Source: Angustibacter luteus
GTDB taxonomy: Bacteria; Actinomycetota; Actinomycetes; Actinomycetales; Angustibacteraceae
Assembly: GCF_039541115.1 (NCBI RefSeq)
Contig: NZ_BAABFP010000004.1
Span: forward strand, 548,335 to 568,334
Direction of reading: 5' to 3'
DNA length: 20,000 bases
A program made the translations under genes and the position numbers. The notes below the pieces were generated by a model. That model saw nothing but the letters and a program-made list of their open reading frames with translations, searched no databases and was not told the DNA's origin. Positions 6,695-15,106 of the stretch are shown here, piece by piece (position 1 is the first letter of the stretch; the number at the start of each line of letters is the position of its first letter).

Positions 6695-8083
6695 ATGAGC
6701 CTCGCGACCGCGCCCGCCGCCACCTCGGACGAGCGCCTGCTGGACCGGACCCGGCTGCCCCTCGTCGTCGGCGCCCTGGCGCTGGTGACGCTCGGCGCGC
6801 TGGAGAACCGGGCTGTCGCCACGGTGCTGCCCACCCTGCTCGGTGAGCTGCACGCCGTGCCCAGCTTCGGGCTGGTCAGCGCCGCGCCGCTGGCGAGCTA
6901 CCTGATCGCGCTGGTCTGCGCGGGCCGCTGGTCCGACCGCAGCGGGCCGGCGCCGACGCTGCGGACCGGCGTGCTCGCCTTCGCCGCCGCGCAGCTGATG
7001 GTCGGTCTCGCGCCCTCGCTGGGCGTCGTCGTGGTCGGCCGGCTGCTCAGCGGGTTCGCCGAGGGACTGCTGGACGTCGGCGTGATCGTCCTCGTCGCCC
7101 GCGCGCTCGAGCCGCGCTGGCGCCCGTCGATGATGGCGCTGTTCGCCGGGGCCTGGATCCTGCCGTCGGTACTCGGCCCCGTCGTCGTCGGCGCGGTCAC
7201 GGTCACCCTCGGCTGGCGGTGGGTGTTCCTTGGTGCCGTGGTGCTGCTGGTTCCGGTCTGGCTGATCCTTCGGCCGGCGCTGCGCCGGGTCGCCACCGAG
7301 CCGGCGTCCGCCGAGCGGCCGCTGGACGTCGTCCCGCTCCGGCTCGTCCTCCCCTGGGCGGTTGCTGCGGCGGCGGCGCTCGTCGTCCTGAACCTGGCCG
7401 GCGAGGCGGCGTCGTCCGCGCCCGTACTGGCCGGCGCGGTCGTCGTCGTCGCGACCGTCACCCTGGCCGTCAGCGCCGTCCGGCTCCTGCCGCCCGGCAC
7501 GCTGCGGGCCGCCTGCGGCATCGGCGGCGTGGTCGCGCTCCGGGCGGCAGTCACCGCGGCATTCATGGGGATCGGCGGGTTCCTGCCGCTGGTGCTGGCG
7601 ACCCTGCACCACCAGGGTCCGGCCGCGGCCGGCATCAGCCTGAGCATCACCGGCGTCATGTGGTCGCTGGGGTCGACGGTGCAGAGCCGGCTGAGCGCCC
7701 GCCCGGGACTGGTGCTGCACGCCGGGTTCGCGGCCCTGGTGGTCGGCCTCGCAGTGAGCGGGCTGCTGGTCTGGACGGACCTGCCCGTCGCCGTCGGGCT
7801 GGTCGGCTGGGCGGTCGCCGGGCTCGGGATCGGGATGACGACGTCCACGCTGTCCGTGCTGAGCATGGCGGTCTCGGACGACGCGACCCAGGGCCGCAAC
7901 AACGCGGGCGCGCAGCTGGCCTCGGGGATGTCCGGGGCCGTGTTCTTCGCCGCCGCCGGGACCGTGCTGGCGCTCGCCGGACCGGGGCGGACGGCGTTCG
8001 GCCTGATCTGCGGCGCGGCGGTCGTGATCGCCGTCCTCGGCCTCATCGGGGCCCGGCGTGCCCTCTGCGCCCTCCCCGCCTGA
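6695..8083 (+). CDS. MFS transporter (drug:H+ antiporter-like, about 14 TM)
   Basis: 462 aa, highly hydrophobic; MFS motif A 'AGRWSDRSGP', 'GRLLSGFAEG', motif-C-like 'LPSVLGPVVVG'. Confidence 0.9.
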   Translation: MSLATAPAATSDERLLDRTRLPLVVGALALVTLGALENRAVATVLPTLLGELHAVPSFGLVSAAPLASYLIALVCAGRWSDRSGPAPTLRTGVLAFAAAQLMVGLAPSLGVVVVGRLLSGFAEGLLDVGVIVLVARALEPRWRPSMMALFAGAWILPSVLGPVVVGAVTVTLGWRWVFLGAVVLLVPVWLILRPALRRVATEPASAERPLDVVPLRLVLPWAVAAAAALVVLNLAGEAASSAPVLAGAVVVVATVTLAVSAVRLLPPGTLRAACGIGGVVALRAAVTAAFMGIGGFLPLVLATLHHQGPAAAGISLSITGVMWSLGSTVQSRLSARPGLVLHAGFAALVVGLAVSGLLVWTDLPVAVGLVGWAVAGLGIGMTTSTLSVLSMAVSDDATQGRNNAGAQLASGMSGAVFFAAAGTVLALAGPGRTAFGLICGAAVVIAVLGLIGARRALCALPA

Positions 8084-8125
8084 CCCCGACCCCCGCCCCG
8101 GCCCCCCGCCCCCGGACCCAGGCCA

Positions 8126-8190
8126 CCGCACATGTCCCGCTATCCGGGGTCATCGCGCCGCCACAACCCCGGATAGCGGTACATCTGCGG
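8126..8190. repeat. Long intergenic inverted repeat (REP-like or terminator after MFS gene)
   Basis: CCGCAcATGTcCCGCTATCCGGGGT ... ACCCCGGATAGCGGtACATcTGCGG: 25-bp arms with a 14-bp perfect core and two mismatches. Confidence 0.75.
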
Positions 8191-8230
8191 AGGTCGGTCG
8201 AGCGGGGGGAATGGGGACGCCAAGGCCCGG

Positions 8231-8251
8231 GTTGAGTCAGGTGTACTCAAG
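8231..8251. promoter_or_regulatory. HAIR operator 1 (HspR binding site)
   Basis: GTTGAGT-CAGGTGT-ACTCAAG versus consensus CTTGAGT-N7-ACTCAAG (one mismatch). Confidence 0.9.
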
Positions 8252-8267
8252 TTTGGCGCGGGCGGAT

Positions 8268-8296
8268 TTGACACGTCTGACGCCGCGACTCAGACT
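8268..8296 (+). promoter_or_regulatory. Housekeeping-sigma promoter of the dnaK operon
   Basis: TTGACA (8268-8273), 17-bp spacer, CAGACT (8291-8296), overlapping HAIR 2. Confidence 0.7.
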
Positions 8297-8315
8297 TGAG
8301 CGGAGCAGACTCAAG
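8295..8315. promoter_or_regulatory. HAIR operator 2 (HspR binding site)
   Basis: CTTGAGC-GGAGCAG-ACTCAAG (one mismatch to consensus). Confidence 0.9.
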
Positions 8316-8358
8316 GCCGCCCACGAGGTGGCACCCCAGATCCACGAGGAGAGCACTG

Positions 8359-10251
8359 ATGGCACGAGCGGTCGGCATCGACCTGGGCACGACGAACTCC
8401 GTCGTGTCCGTCCTGGAGGGCGGCGAGCCCACCGTCATCGCGAACGCCGAGGGTGGCCGCACCACGCCGTCCGTCGTCGCGTTCGCCAAGAACGGCGAGG
8501 TGCTCGTCGGCGAGATCGCCAAGCGCCAGGCCGTCACGAACGTCGACCGGACGATCCGGTCCGTCAAGCGCCACATGGGCAAGGACTGGCACGTCGAGAT
8601 CGACGGCAAGGACTACACCCCGCAGGAGATCAGCGCCCGCATCCTCGGCAAGCTGAAGCGGGACGCCGAGAGCTACCTGGGCGAGGACGTGACGGACGCG
8701 GTCATCACCGTCCCGGCGTACTTCAACGACTCCGAGCGCCAGGCGACCAAGGAGGCCGGCGAGATCGCGGGCCTCAACGTCCTGCGCATCATCAACGAGC
8801 CCACCGCGGCCGCCCTCGCCTACGGGCTGGAGAAGGGCAAGGAGGACGAGCTCATCCTCGTCTTCGACCTCGGCGGCGGCACGTTCGACGTCTCCCTGCT
8901 CGAGGTGGGCAAGGACGAGGACGACTTCTCGACCATCCAGGTCCGCTCGACCAGCGGTCACAACGACCTCGGCGGCGACGACTGGGACCAGCGCATCGTC
9001 GACCACCTGCTCCAGCAGGTGAAGATGGGCTACGGCATCGACCTCGGCAAGGACAAGATCGCCATGCAGCGGCTGCGTGAGGCGGCTGAGCAGGCGAAGA
9101 AGGAGCTCTCCAGCTCCACCTCGACCAACCTGTCGCTGCAGTACCTCTCGATGACCGAGAACGGCCCGATCCACCTGGACGAGACGCTGACCCGCTCGCA
9201 GTTCGAGCAGATGACGTCCGACCTGCTCGAGCGCACCAAGGCGCCGTTCAACCAGGTCATCGCGGACGCCGGCATCAAGCTCTCCGAGATCGACCACATC
9301 GTGCTGGTCGGCGGCTCCACCCGGATGCCCGCCGTCACCGCGCTGGTCAAGGAGCTCACCGGCGGCAAGGACCCCAACAAGGGCGTCAACCCGGACGAGG
9401 TCGTCGCCGTCGGCGCGGCCCTGCAGGCGGGCGTCCTCAAGGGCGAGCGCAAGGACGTCCTGCTGATCGACGTCACCCCGCTGTCGCTGGGCATCGAGAC
9501 CCAGGGCGGTCTGATGACCAAGCTCATCGAGCGCAACACGGCCATCCCGACCAAGCGCAGCGAGGTCTTCACGACCGCGGCCGACAACCAGCCGTCCGTG
9601 ACGATCCAGGTCTTCCAGGGCGAGCGCGAGATGACCCGCGACAACAAGGCGCTGGGCACCTTCGACCTCACCGGGATCGCTCCCGCGCCGCGCGGCATGC
9701 CGCAGGTCGAGGTCACGTTCGACATCGACGCCAACGGCATCGTGCACGTGTCCGCCAAGGACCGCGGCACCGGCAAGGAGCAGTCGATGACGATCTCCGG
9801 CGGCAGCGCGCTGCCGAAGGACGAGATCGAGCGGATGATCAAGGACGCCGAGGCGCACGCCAGCGAGGACAAGCAGCGTCGCGAGGAGGCGGAGACCCGC
9901 AACCAGGCCGAGCAGCTCGTCTGGTCGACGGAGAAGTTCGTCAAGGACAACGAGGACAAGATCCCGGCCGAGCCGAAGGCGGACGTCGAGAAGTCCATCG
10001 CCGACCTCAAGGAGGCGCTGTCCGCCAACGCCTCCACCGAGGACCTCAAGGCCAAGACCGAGGCGCTCGCCACCGCGAGCCAGGCCATCGGCCAGGCCAT
10101 GTACGCGGCCGAGGCGCAGGCCTCCGCGGACGCCGAGCAGGCCGGCAGCGCCGAGGGCGGCGCCGGTGCGACCGACGCTGACGACGACGTCGTCGACGCC
10201 GAGGTCGTGGACGACGAGCCAGGCGAGAACGAGGGTCGGGCGCAGGCATGA
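8359..10251 (+). CDS. dnaK: Molecular chaperone DnaK (Hsp70)
   Basis: [53 protein letters not shown], linker [14 protein letters not shown]-terminal DVVDAEVVD; 630 aa. Confidence 0.99.
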   Translation: MARAVGIDLGTTNSVVSVLEGGEPTVIANAEGGRTTPSVVAFAKNGEVLVGEIAKRQAVTNVDRTIRSVKRHMGKDWHVEIDGKDYTPQEISARILGKLKRDAESYLGEDVTDAVITVPAYFNDSERQATKEAGEIAGLNVLRIINEPTAAALAYGLEKGKEDELILVFDLGGGTFDVSLLEVGKDEDDFSTIQVRSTSGHNDLGGDDWDQRIVDHLLQQVKMGYGIDLGKDKIAMQRLREAAEQAKKELSSSTSTNLSLQYLSMTENGPIHLDETLTRSQFEQMTSDLLERTKAPFNQVIADAGIKLSEIDHIVLVGGSTRMPAVTALVKELTGGKDPNKGVNPDEVVAVGAALQAGVLKGERKDVLLIDVTPLSLGIETQGGLMTKLIERNTAIPTKRSEVFTTAADNQPSVTIQVFQGEREMTRDNKALGTFDLTGIAPAPRGMPQVEVTFDIDANGIVHVSAKDRGTGKEQSMTISGGSALPKDEIERMIKDAEAHASEDKQRREEAETRNQAEQLVWSTEKFVKDNEDKIPAEPKADVEKSIADLKEALSANASTEDLKAKTEALATASQAIGQAMYAAEAQASADAEQAGSAEGGAGATDADDDVVDAEVVDDEPGENEGRAQA

Positions 10252-10901
10252 CCGACGCCCCCCAGGGCGGTCGGCCGGTCGCGGACGACGGGAGCGAGCC
10301 TCCCGTCGTCCGCGACAAGCGGCGGATCGACCCGCAGACCGGACAGCTGCGGGACGGCGGCGCTGCGGCGCCGCAGGCTCCCGCCCCCGAGGTCAGCGGC
10401 GAGATGGCCAACGAGACCGAGGTCGAGCAGGGGCTGGATGACAAGTCGTCCGGCCTCACGGCTGACGTCGACCTGGCCGCCGAGCGGCTGGCCGACCTGC
10501 AGCGACTGCAGGCCGAGTACGTCAACTACCGCAAGCGGGTCGAGCGTGACCGGGACGTCGCCCGCGAGCTCGCGACGGCGTCCGTGCTGGAGTCGTTGCT
10601 GCCGGTGATGGACGACCTGCACCTGGCCCGCCAGCACGGCGACCTGGAGAGCGGGCCGTTCGCAGCGGTGGCCGACAAGCTCGAGGCGATCGTGGCGCGC
10701 GCCGGTCTCGAGCGCTTCGGCGAGGTCGGCGAGGCGTTCGACCCGGCGGTGCACGAGGCCCTCATGCACGTCCAGGCCGAGCTCGCCGCCGGCACGGAGG
10801 TCACGACCGTCGTCCAGGTGCTGCAGCCGGGGTACCGCGTCGGTGAGCGGGTCGTGCGCGCTGCGCGCGTCGCCGTGGCCGACCCCGACACCACCAGCTG
10901 A
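10248..10901 (+). CDS. grpE: Nucleotide exchange factor GrpE
   Basis: [48 protein letters not shown] overlap with dnaK. Confidence 0.97.
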   Translation: MTDAPQGGRPVADDGSEPPVVRDKRRIDPQTGQLRDGGAAAPQAPAPEVSGEMANETEVEQGLDDKSSGLTADVDLAAERLADLQRLQAEYVNYRKRVERDRDVARELATASVLESLLPVMDDLHLARQHGDLESGPFAAVADKLEAIVARAGLERFGEVGEAFDPAVHEALMHVQAELAAGTEVTTVVQVLQPGYRVGERVVRAARVAVADPDTTS

Positions 10902-10920
10902 GTCCGAGAGGAGGCACCGC

Positions 10921-11952
10921 ATGGCCGGACAGGACTGGTTCGAGAAGGACTTCTACGCCACGCTCGGTGTCCCCAAGGACGCGGACGCGGCGGCGATCAA
11001 GAAGGCGTACCGCAAGCTGGCGCGCCAGCACCACCCGGACGCCAACGAGGGCGACGACACCCGGTTCAAGGAGATCGGCGAGGCCTACTCGGTGCTCTCC
11101 GACATTGAGCAGCGCCAGCAGTACGACGCGATCCGGTCGATGTCGCACGGCGGCGCGCGATTCGCGCCGGGCGGTCAGGGCGGGGCCGGCTTCGAGGACC
11201 TCTTCGGCGGTCTGTTCGGTGGTGCGGGAGCTCCCGGGGGCGGTGGCCAGCGCGCGCAGTTCGACAGCACGGGCGGCATCGATCTCGAGGACCTGCTGCG
11301 CGGCATGGGTGGCGCCCCGGGTGCCGGTGGTGGGCGCGGTGGCCGGTTCAGCGGTTTCGGCACCCGCGGCCCGCGTCGCGGCGCCGACGTGAACGCGACC
11401 ACCACCCTGCCGTTCCGCGAGGCAGTGGTCGGCTCGACCGTCACCCTGCGCACGCCGGAGGGTCGCACGGTGACCGCGCGGATCCCGGCCGGCGTCAAGG
11501 ACGGGCAGAAGATCCGCCTGCGCGGCAAGGGATCCGACGGCGACCCGGGTGCGGCGGCAGGTGACCTGATGATCCAGGTCGCTGTCACGCCGGACCCGGT
11601 CTTCGGCCGGCAGGGCGATGACCTCACCGTCACGGTGCCGGTCACGTTCGCCGAGGCCGCGCTGGGCGCGCAGGTCGACGTCCCGACGCTGGACGCCGAG
11701 GGCGACGTCACCACCGTTCGGGTCAAGGTGCCGGCCGGCACGCCGTCCGGTCGCACGCTGCGGGTCAAGGGCCGGGGCGTCAAGCACGCCAAGGGTTTCG
11801 GCGACCTGCGCGTCACCGTGCAGGTGGCGGTGCCGCAGCGGCTCACCGACGACGCGCGCGAGGCCGTCGAGGCGTACGCGAAGGCCACCGGCGGCGAGGA
11901 CCCGCGCGCCGACCTGATGGCCCGGGCGCGCTCACCGCGGACCGGCGGCTGA
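10921..11952 (+). CDS. dnaJ: DnaJ co-chaperone, class B (no zinc finger)
   Basis: GGAGG RBS, ATG 10921; J-domain with HPD (KDFYATLGV...HHPDAN), G/F-rich region and C-terminal domains, no CxxCxGxG; 343 aa. Confidence 0.95.
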   Translation: MAGQDWFEKDFYATLGVPKDADAAAIKKAYRKLARQHHPDANEGDDTRFKEIGEAYSVLSDIEQRQQYDAIRSMSHGGARFAPGGQGGAGFEDLFGGLFGGAGAPGGGGQRAQFDSTGGIDLEDLLRGMGGAPGAGGGRGGRFSGFGTRGPRRGADVNATTTLPFREAVVGSTVTLRTPEGRTVTARIPAGVKDGQKIRLRGKGSDGDPGAAAGDLMIQVAVTPDPVFGRQGDDLTVTVPVTFAEAALGAQVDVPTLDAEGDVTTVRVKVPAGTPSGRTLRVKGRGVKHAKGFGDLRVTVQVAVPQRLTDDAREAVEAYAKATGGEDPRADLMARARSPRTGG

Positions 11953-11953
11953 C

Positions 11954-12427
11954 ATGAGCGACAGCGCCAGCTGGCAGGGCCGGGTCGAGCTCGACCTGGA
12001 CGACGAGACCCCGGTCTTCGTCATCTCGGTCGCGGCGCAGATGGCCGGCATGCACCCGCAGACGTTGCGGCAGTACGACCGGCTGGGCCTCGTCTCGCCG
12101 GACCGCACGCGCGGGCGCGGCCGGCGCTACTCGGCGCGCGACGTCTCGCTGCTCCGCCAGGTGCAGCGGCTGTCCCAGGACGAGGGCGTCAGCCTCGCCG
12201 GGATCAAGCAGATCCTCGAGCTCGAGCACCAGGTCGCCGCGCTGCGCGCCCGGGTCGTCGAGCTCAGCAACGAGCTCGCCGCCGTGCAGGACGCGACCGG
12301 GCTCGGTCGTCGGGTGTTCGCCGCCGGCCCCGCCGGTGACGTGGTCTCGATGCGCGCCGGGCGCCGTCCGGACCGGTCCGCCTTCGGGCTGACGTCCGCG
12401 CTCGTCGTCTGGCGCCCGCAGGGCTGA
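11954..12427 (+). CDS. hspR: Heat-shock repressor HspR (MerR family)
   Basis: PVFVISVAAQMAGMHPQTLRQYDRLGLVSP.RT.G.GRRYS, LSQDEGVSLAGIK, C-terminal ALVVWRP; last gene of the dnaK operon. Confidence 0.97.
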   Translation: MSDSASWQGRVELDLDDETPVFVISVAAQMAGMHPQTLRQYDRLGLVSPDRTRGRGRRYSARDVSLLRQVQRLSQDEGVSLAGIKQILELEHQVAALRARVVELSNELAAVQDATGLGRRVFAAGPAGDVVSMRAGRRPDRSAFGLTSALVVWRPQG

Positions 12428-12428
12428 T

Positions 12429-12468
12429 CGTGGCAACGGCGTTCGCCCTGGCGCACGCGGTTGCCACG
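12429..12468 (+). terminator. Hairpin immediately after hspR (probable operon terminator)
   Basis: CGTGGCAAC-g-GCGT-t-CGCC-ct-GGCG-c-ACGC-g-GTTGCCACG; no U tract, which is common in high-GC actinobacteria. Confidence 0.55.
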
Positions 12469-12502
12469 TACGCTCCGGAGGACACCGGACGAGGGCGGAC
12501 CC

Positions 12503-13519
12503 ATGACGAAGCTGTCCATGTACGAGCGTCTGCCGTTCGACGAGGCGACGACGCCGCCGCGGGTGTCCACCGGCGAGCTGCCCCCGCCGGACGAGATCCG
12601 ACGGCTGGTCACCGAGGCCTACGAGCGCTACCGAGCGAACAGCGACGGCGTCGTCGCGGACTACATCCCCGCGCTGGCCGGTGCGTCCCCTGACCTGTTC
12701 GGCATCTGTGTCGTCGGTGCCCGTGGCGGGTCGTTCGAGATCGGGGACGTCGACACGTCCTTCTCGATCCAGAGCGTGTCCAAGCCCTTCGTCTTCGCCC
12801 TCGTGTGCGAGGAGGTCGGCTACGAGGCGGCGCGCCGCCAGCTCGGCGTGAACAGCACCGGCTTCCCGTTCAACTCGCTCATGGCGGTCGAGCTGAACGA
12901 CGACCGGACGATGAACCCGTTGGTGAACGCGGGCGCGATCGCCACGACGAGCCTGGTGCCGGGCGACTCGGCGGAGCTCAAGTCCGACCGGATCCGCGAG
13001 GGGCTGTCCCGGTTCGCCGGCCGTGAGCTGTCCATGAGCGAGGAGGTGTACGCCTCCGAGTCCGCGTCGAACCTGCGCAACCAGGGCATCGCCCACCTGC
13101 TGAAGAGCTACGGCCGGCTCTACTTCGACCCCGATGAGACGACCGACGCCTACACCCGGCAGTGCTCCCTCGAGGTCACGGTCCACGACCTCGCGGTGAT
13201 GGCGGCCACGCTCGCGAACGGCGGGGTCAACCCGCAGTCCGGGGAGCGCGTGCTGCGGCCGGGGGTGTGCCGGCGGGTGCTGGCCGTGATGGCCACGGCC
13301 GGCCTCTACGAGCTCTCGGGGGACTGGTTGTACGAGGTCGGCGTCCCTGGCAAGAGTGGCGTCAGCGGCGGGATCGTGACGGTGTCGCCTGGCAAGGGTG
13401 GACTCGCGACCTTCTCGCCGCCCCTGGACGCGGCCGGGAACAGCGTGCGTGGCCAGCTGGCCACGAAGCACCTGGCCGAGCGACTGGGCCTCAACCTCTT
13501 CGCCTCGGAACCGGCCTGA
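12503..13519 (+). CDS. glsA: Glutaminase A
   Basis: GVVADYIPALA, catalytic SxxK in FSIQSVSKPF, NPLVNAGAI, YTRQCS, PGKSGVSGGI, FSPPLDAAGNSVRG; 338 aa from ATG 12503. Confidence 0.95.
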   Translation: MTKLSMYERLPFDEATTPPRVSTGELPPPDEIRRLVTEAYERYRANSDGVVADYIPALAGASPDLFGICVVGARGGSFEIGDVDTSFSIQSVSKPFVFALVCEEVGYEAARRQLGVNSTGFPFNSLMAVELNDDRTMNPLVNAGAIATTSLVPGDSAELKSDRIREGLSRFAGRELSMSEEVYASESASNLRNQGIAHLLKSYGRLYFDPDETTDAYTRQCSLEVTVHDLAVMAATLANGGVNPQSGERVLRPGVCRRVLAVMATAGLYELSGDWLYEVGVPGKSGVSGGIVTVSPGKGGLATFSPPLDAAGNSVRGQLATKHLAERLGLNLFASEPA

Positions 13520-13525
13520 CCGCGG

Positions 13526-13608
13526 CGGGGCGAACGTGCATGATCACCGCGGGAGGGGGGTGGTGGCGTCCCGCCCCCCTCCCGCGGTGATCATGCACGT
13601 TCGCCCCG
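13526..13608. repeat. Perfect 35-bp-arm palindrome between convergent genes (REP-like or bidirectional terminator)
   Basis: CGGGGCGAACGTGCATGATCACCGCGGGAGGGGGG (13526-13560) and its exact reverse complement (13574-13608), 13-nt spacer. Confidence 0.9.
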
Positions 13609-13620
13609 GATCGGGTGAGC

Positions 13621-14485
13621 TCAGCGGTGGCCGGCAGAGCGCAGGACGTCGTCCAGGCTGCGCGCCGGGTGGCCGGTCAGGCGCTGGACGTCGTCACTGA
13701 CCTTCGCGAGCTCGCCGCGGGCGATCGCCAGGTACGACGTCACCCAGCCGTCGACCTCGAACCGGGGCGCCGTAGTGCGCGCGCGAGGCGTAGGCCTGCT
13801 CGAGCGTCTCGTCCTCGAACCGCACGTCGCGCCCGGTCGCCGCACTGATCCGCGCGGCCGCCTCGGTCAGGGTGAACGCCTCCGGCCCGGTCAGGTCGTA
13901 GCCGACACCGTCGTGCTGGCCTGACTCGTCGCTCAGGACCGCGACGGCGACGTCCGCGACGTCGTCCTGCGCCACCGCACTGACCCGGCCGTCAGCGGCG
14001 GGGCCACGGATCACGCCGTCCTCGCCAGGCATCAGCGCGAAGAAGTCGGCGTACAGGCTGTCCCGCAGGAACGTGTGGCGCAGACCGCTGCCCCTGATGT
14101 GCTCCTCGGTGTGGAAGTGGTCGCGGCCGAAGGTGAACGTGCAGTCGGCCGAGGCGCCGAGGAACGACAGGTAGACGATGCGCTGCACGCCCGCGCGCAC
14201 CGCGGCGTCGACCGCGCTGCGGTGCTCGGCGAGCCGGTTCGCGGACTCGCGTCCGGACACCAGGAACAGCGTGTGCGCGTCGCCGATCGCCGCGACCATC
14301 GCGTCGGTGCTCGCGTACTCGGCAGCCGGCCCCGCCACGGCACCGGGCAGGTCCGGCAAGCGGCTCGGGTCACGGCCCACCAGCCGCAGCGGCACCCCCT
14401 GAGCCGCCAACGCGCGGGCCACCCGGCCGCCGATGTTCCCCGTGCTGCCCGTCACCGCGATGTTCGCTGCTCCACTGGTTGCCAT
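13621..14485 (-). pseudogene. NmrA-like / atypical SDR NAD(P)H-binding oxidoreductase with a frameshift near 13763 (true pseudogene or sequencing error)
   Basis: IAVTGSTGNIGGRVA Rossmann motif, YDLTGPEAFT. The frame breaks after ...RAHYGAP and a family-like C-terminus FEVDGWVTSYLAIARGELAKVSDDVQRLTGHPARSL continues in another frame to the stop at 13621; span of 865 nt is 3n+1. Confidence 0.8.
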
Positions 14486-14492
14486 GGCAGGG

Positions 14493-15071
14493 TCAGCGCA
14501 GCGGGACGAACCGATAATTCCCGTACCAGTGCACCTCGGTGCCGTCCGGCGTCCGGGCGACCCGCGCCAACCGCCCAGCCACTGGGCAGACCATCAGCCC
14601 GTTCGGGGTGAGCTGGTCGACCAGCGCGTCCGGGATCTCGTTGGCGGCGGCAGAGACCAGCACCCGGTCGTACGGCGCGTCCTTCGGCCAGCCGAGCACC
14701 CCCGGCTCCGCCCGGTGCACGCCGGCCCAGGGCAGCTCGTGGACGGCCAGGTTCGAGGCGCCCCACAGGGCCAGATCGGGCTCCAGCTCGACGCCGACCA
14801 CCTCGCCGCTCGGCCCGACCAGGTGGGCCAGCAGCGTCGTCGTCCAGCCCGAACCGGAGCCGACGTCCAGCACCCGGTGCCCCTCCTCGACGTCGAGCAG
14901 CCGCAGCATCCGGCGCACCGTGGACGGCTGGGACGACGTCTGGCCGTAGCCGATCTCGAGCGGTTGGTCCTCGTGGGCGTGCGACTGCTGCGCCCGCGGC
15001 AGGAAGCCGGTGCGCGGTACGGCGGCGAAAGCTCGGTCGATGGCCTCCGGCGCGGTGGCCCGGTCGTGCAC
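14493..15071 (-). CDS. pcm: Protein-L-isoaspartate O-methyltransferase
   Basis: AFAAVPRTGF, DQPLEIGYGQTSSQPSTV, SAM motif VLDVGSGSGW, APYDRVLVSAA, C-terminal YRFVPLR. Confidence 0.92.
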   Translation of the reverse strand: MHDRATAPEAIDRAFAAVPRTGFLPRAQQSHAHEDQPLEIGYGQTSSQPSTVRRMLRLLDVEEGHRVLDVGSGSGWTTTLLAHLVGPSGEVVGVELEPDLALWGASNLAVHELPWAGVHRAEPGVLGWPKDAPYDRVLVSAAANEIPDALVDQLTPNGLMVCPVAGRLARVARTPDGTEVHWYGNYRFVPLR

Positions 15072-15106
15072 GTCCCCCAGTGTGCTCCCCGTGGGAAGGT
15101 GTGGCC

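Noticed and set aside
6623..8235. Alternative-frame ORFs (502, 411, 338 aa) over the MFS gene
   Set aside because: GC-rich shadow ORFs with no recognisable domains.
8296..8358. Upstream in-frame start for dnaK (and similar extensions for QOR 1494, dnaJ 10843, glsA 12461, FAD enzyme 16922)
   Set aside because: Extensions overlap promoters, operators or upstream genes; downstream starts have an SD or -10 and match family N-termini.
8311..10922. Long antisense ORFs opposite dnaK/grpE (515 aa and 630 aa)
   Set aside because: Long open antisense frames are a known by-product of codon bias in hsp70 genes of GC-rich genomes and have often been misannotated; no RBS or independent motifs seen.
13750..13775. 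Programmed ribosomal frameshift in the SDR gene
   Set aside because: No canonical X XXY YYZ slippery heptamer at the break; a simple indel is more parsimonious.
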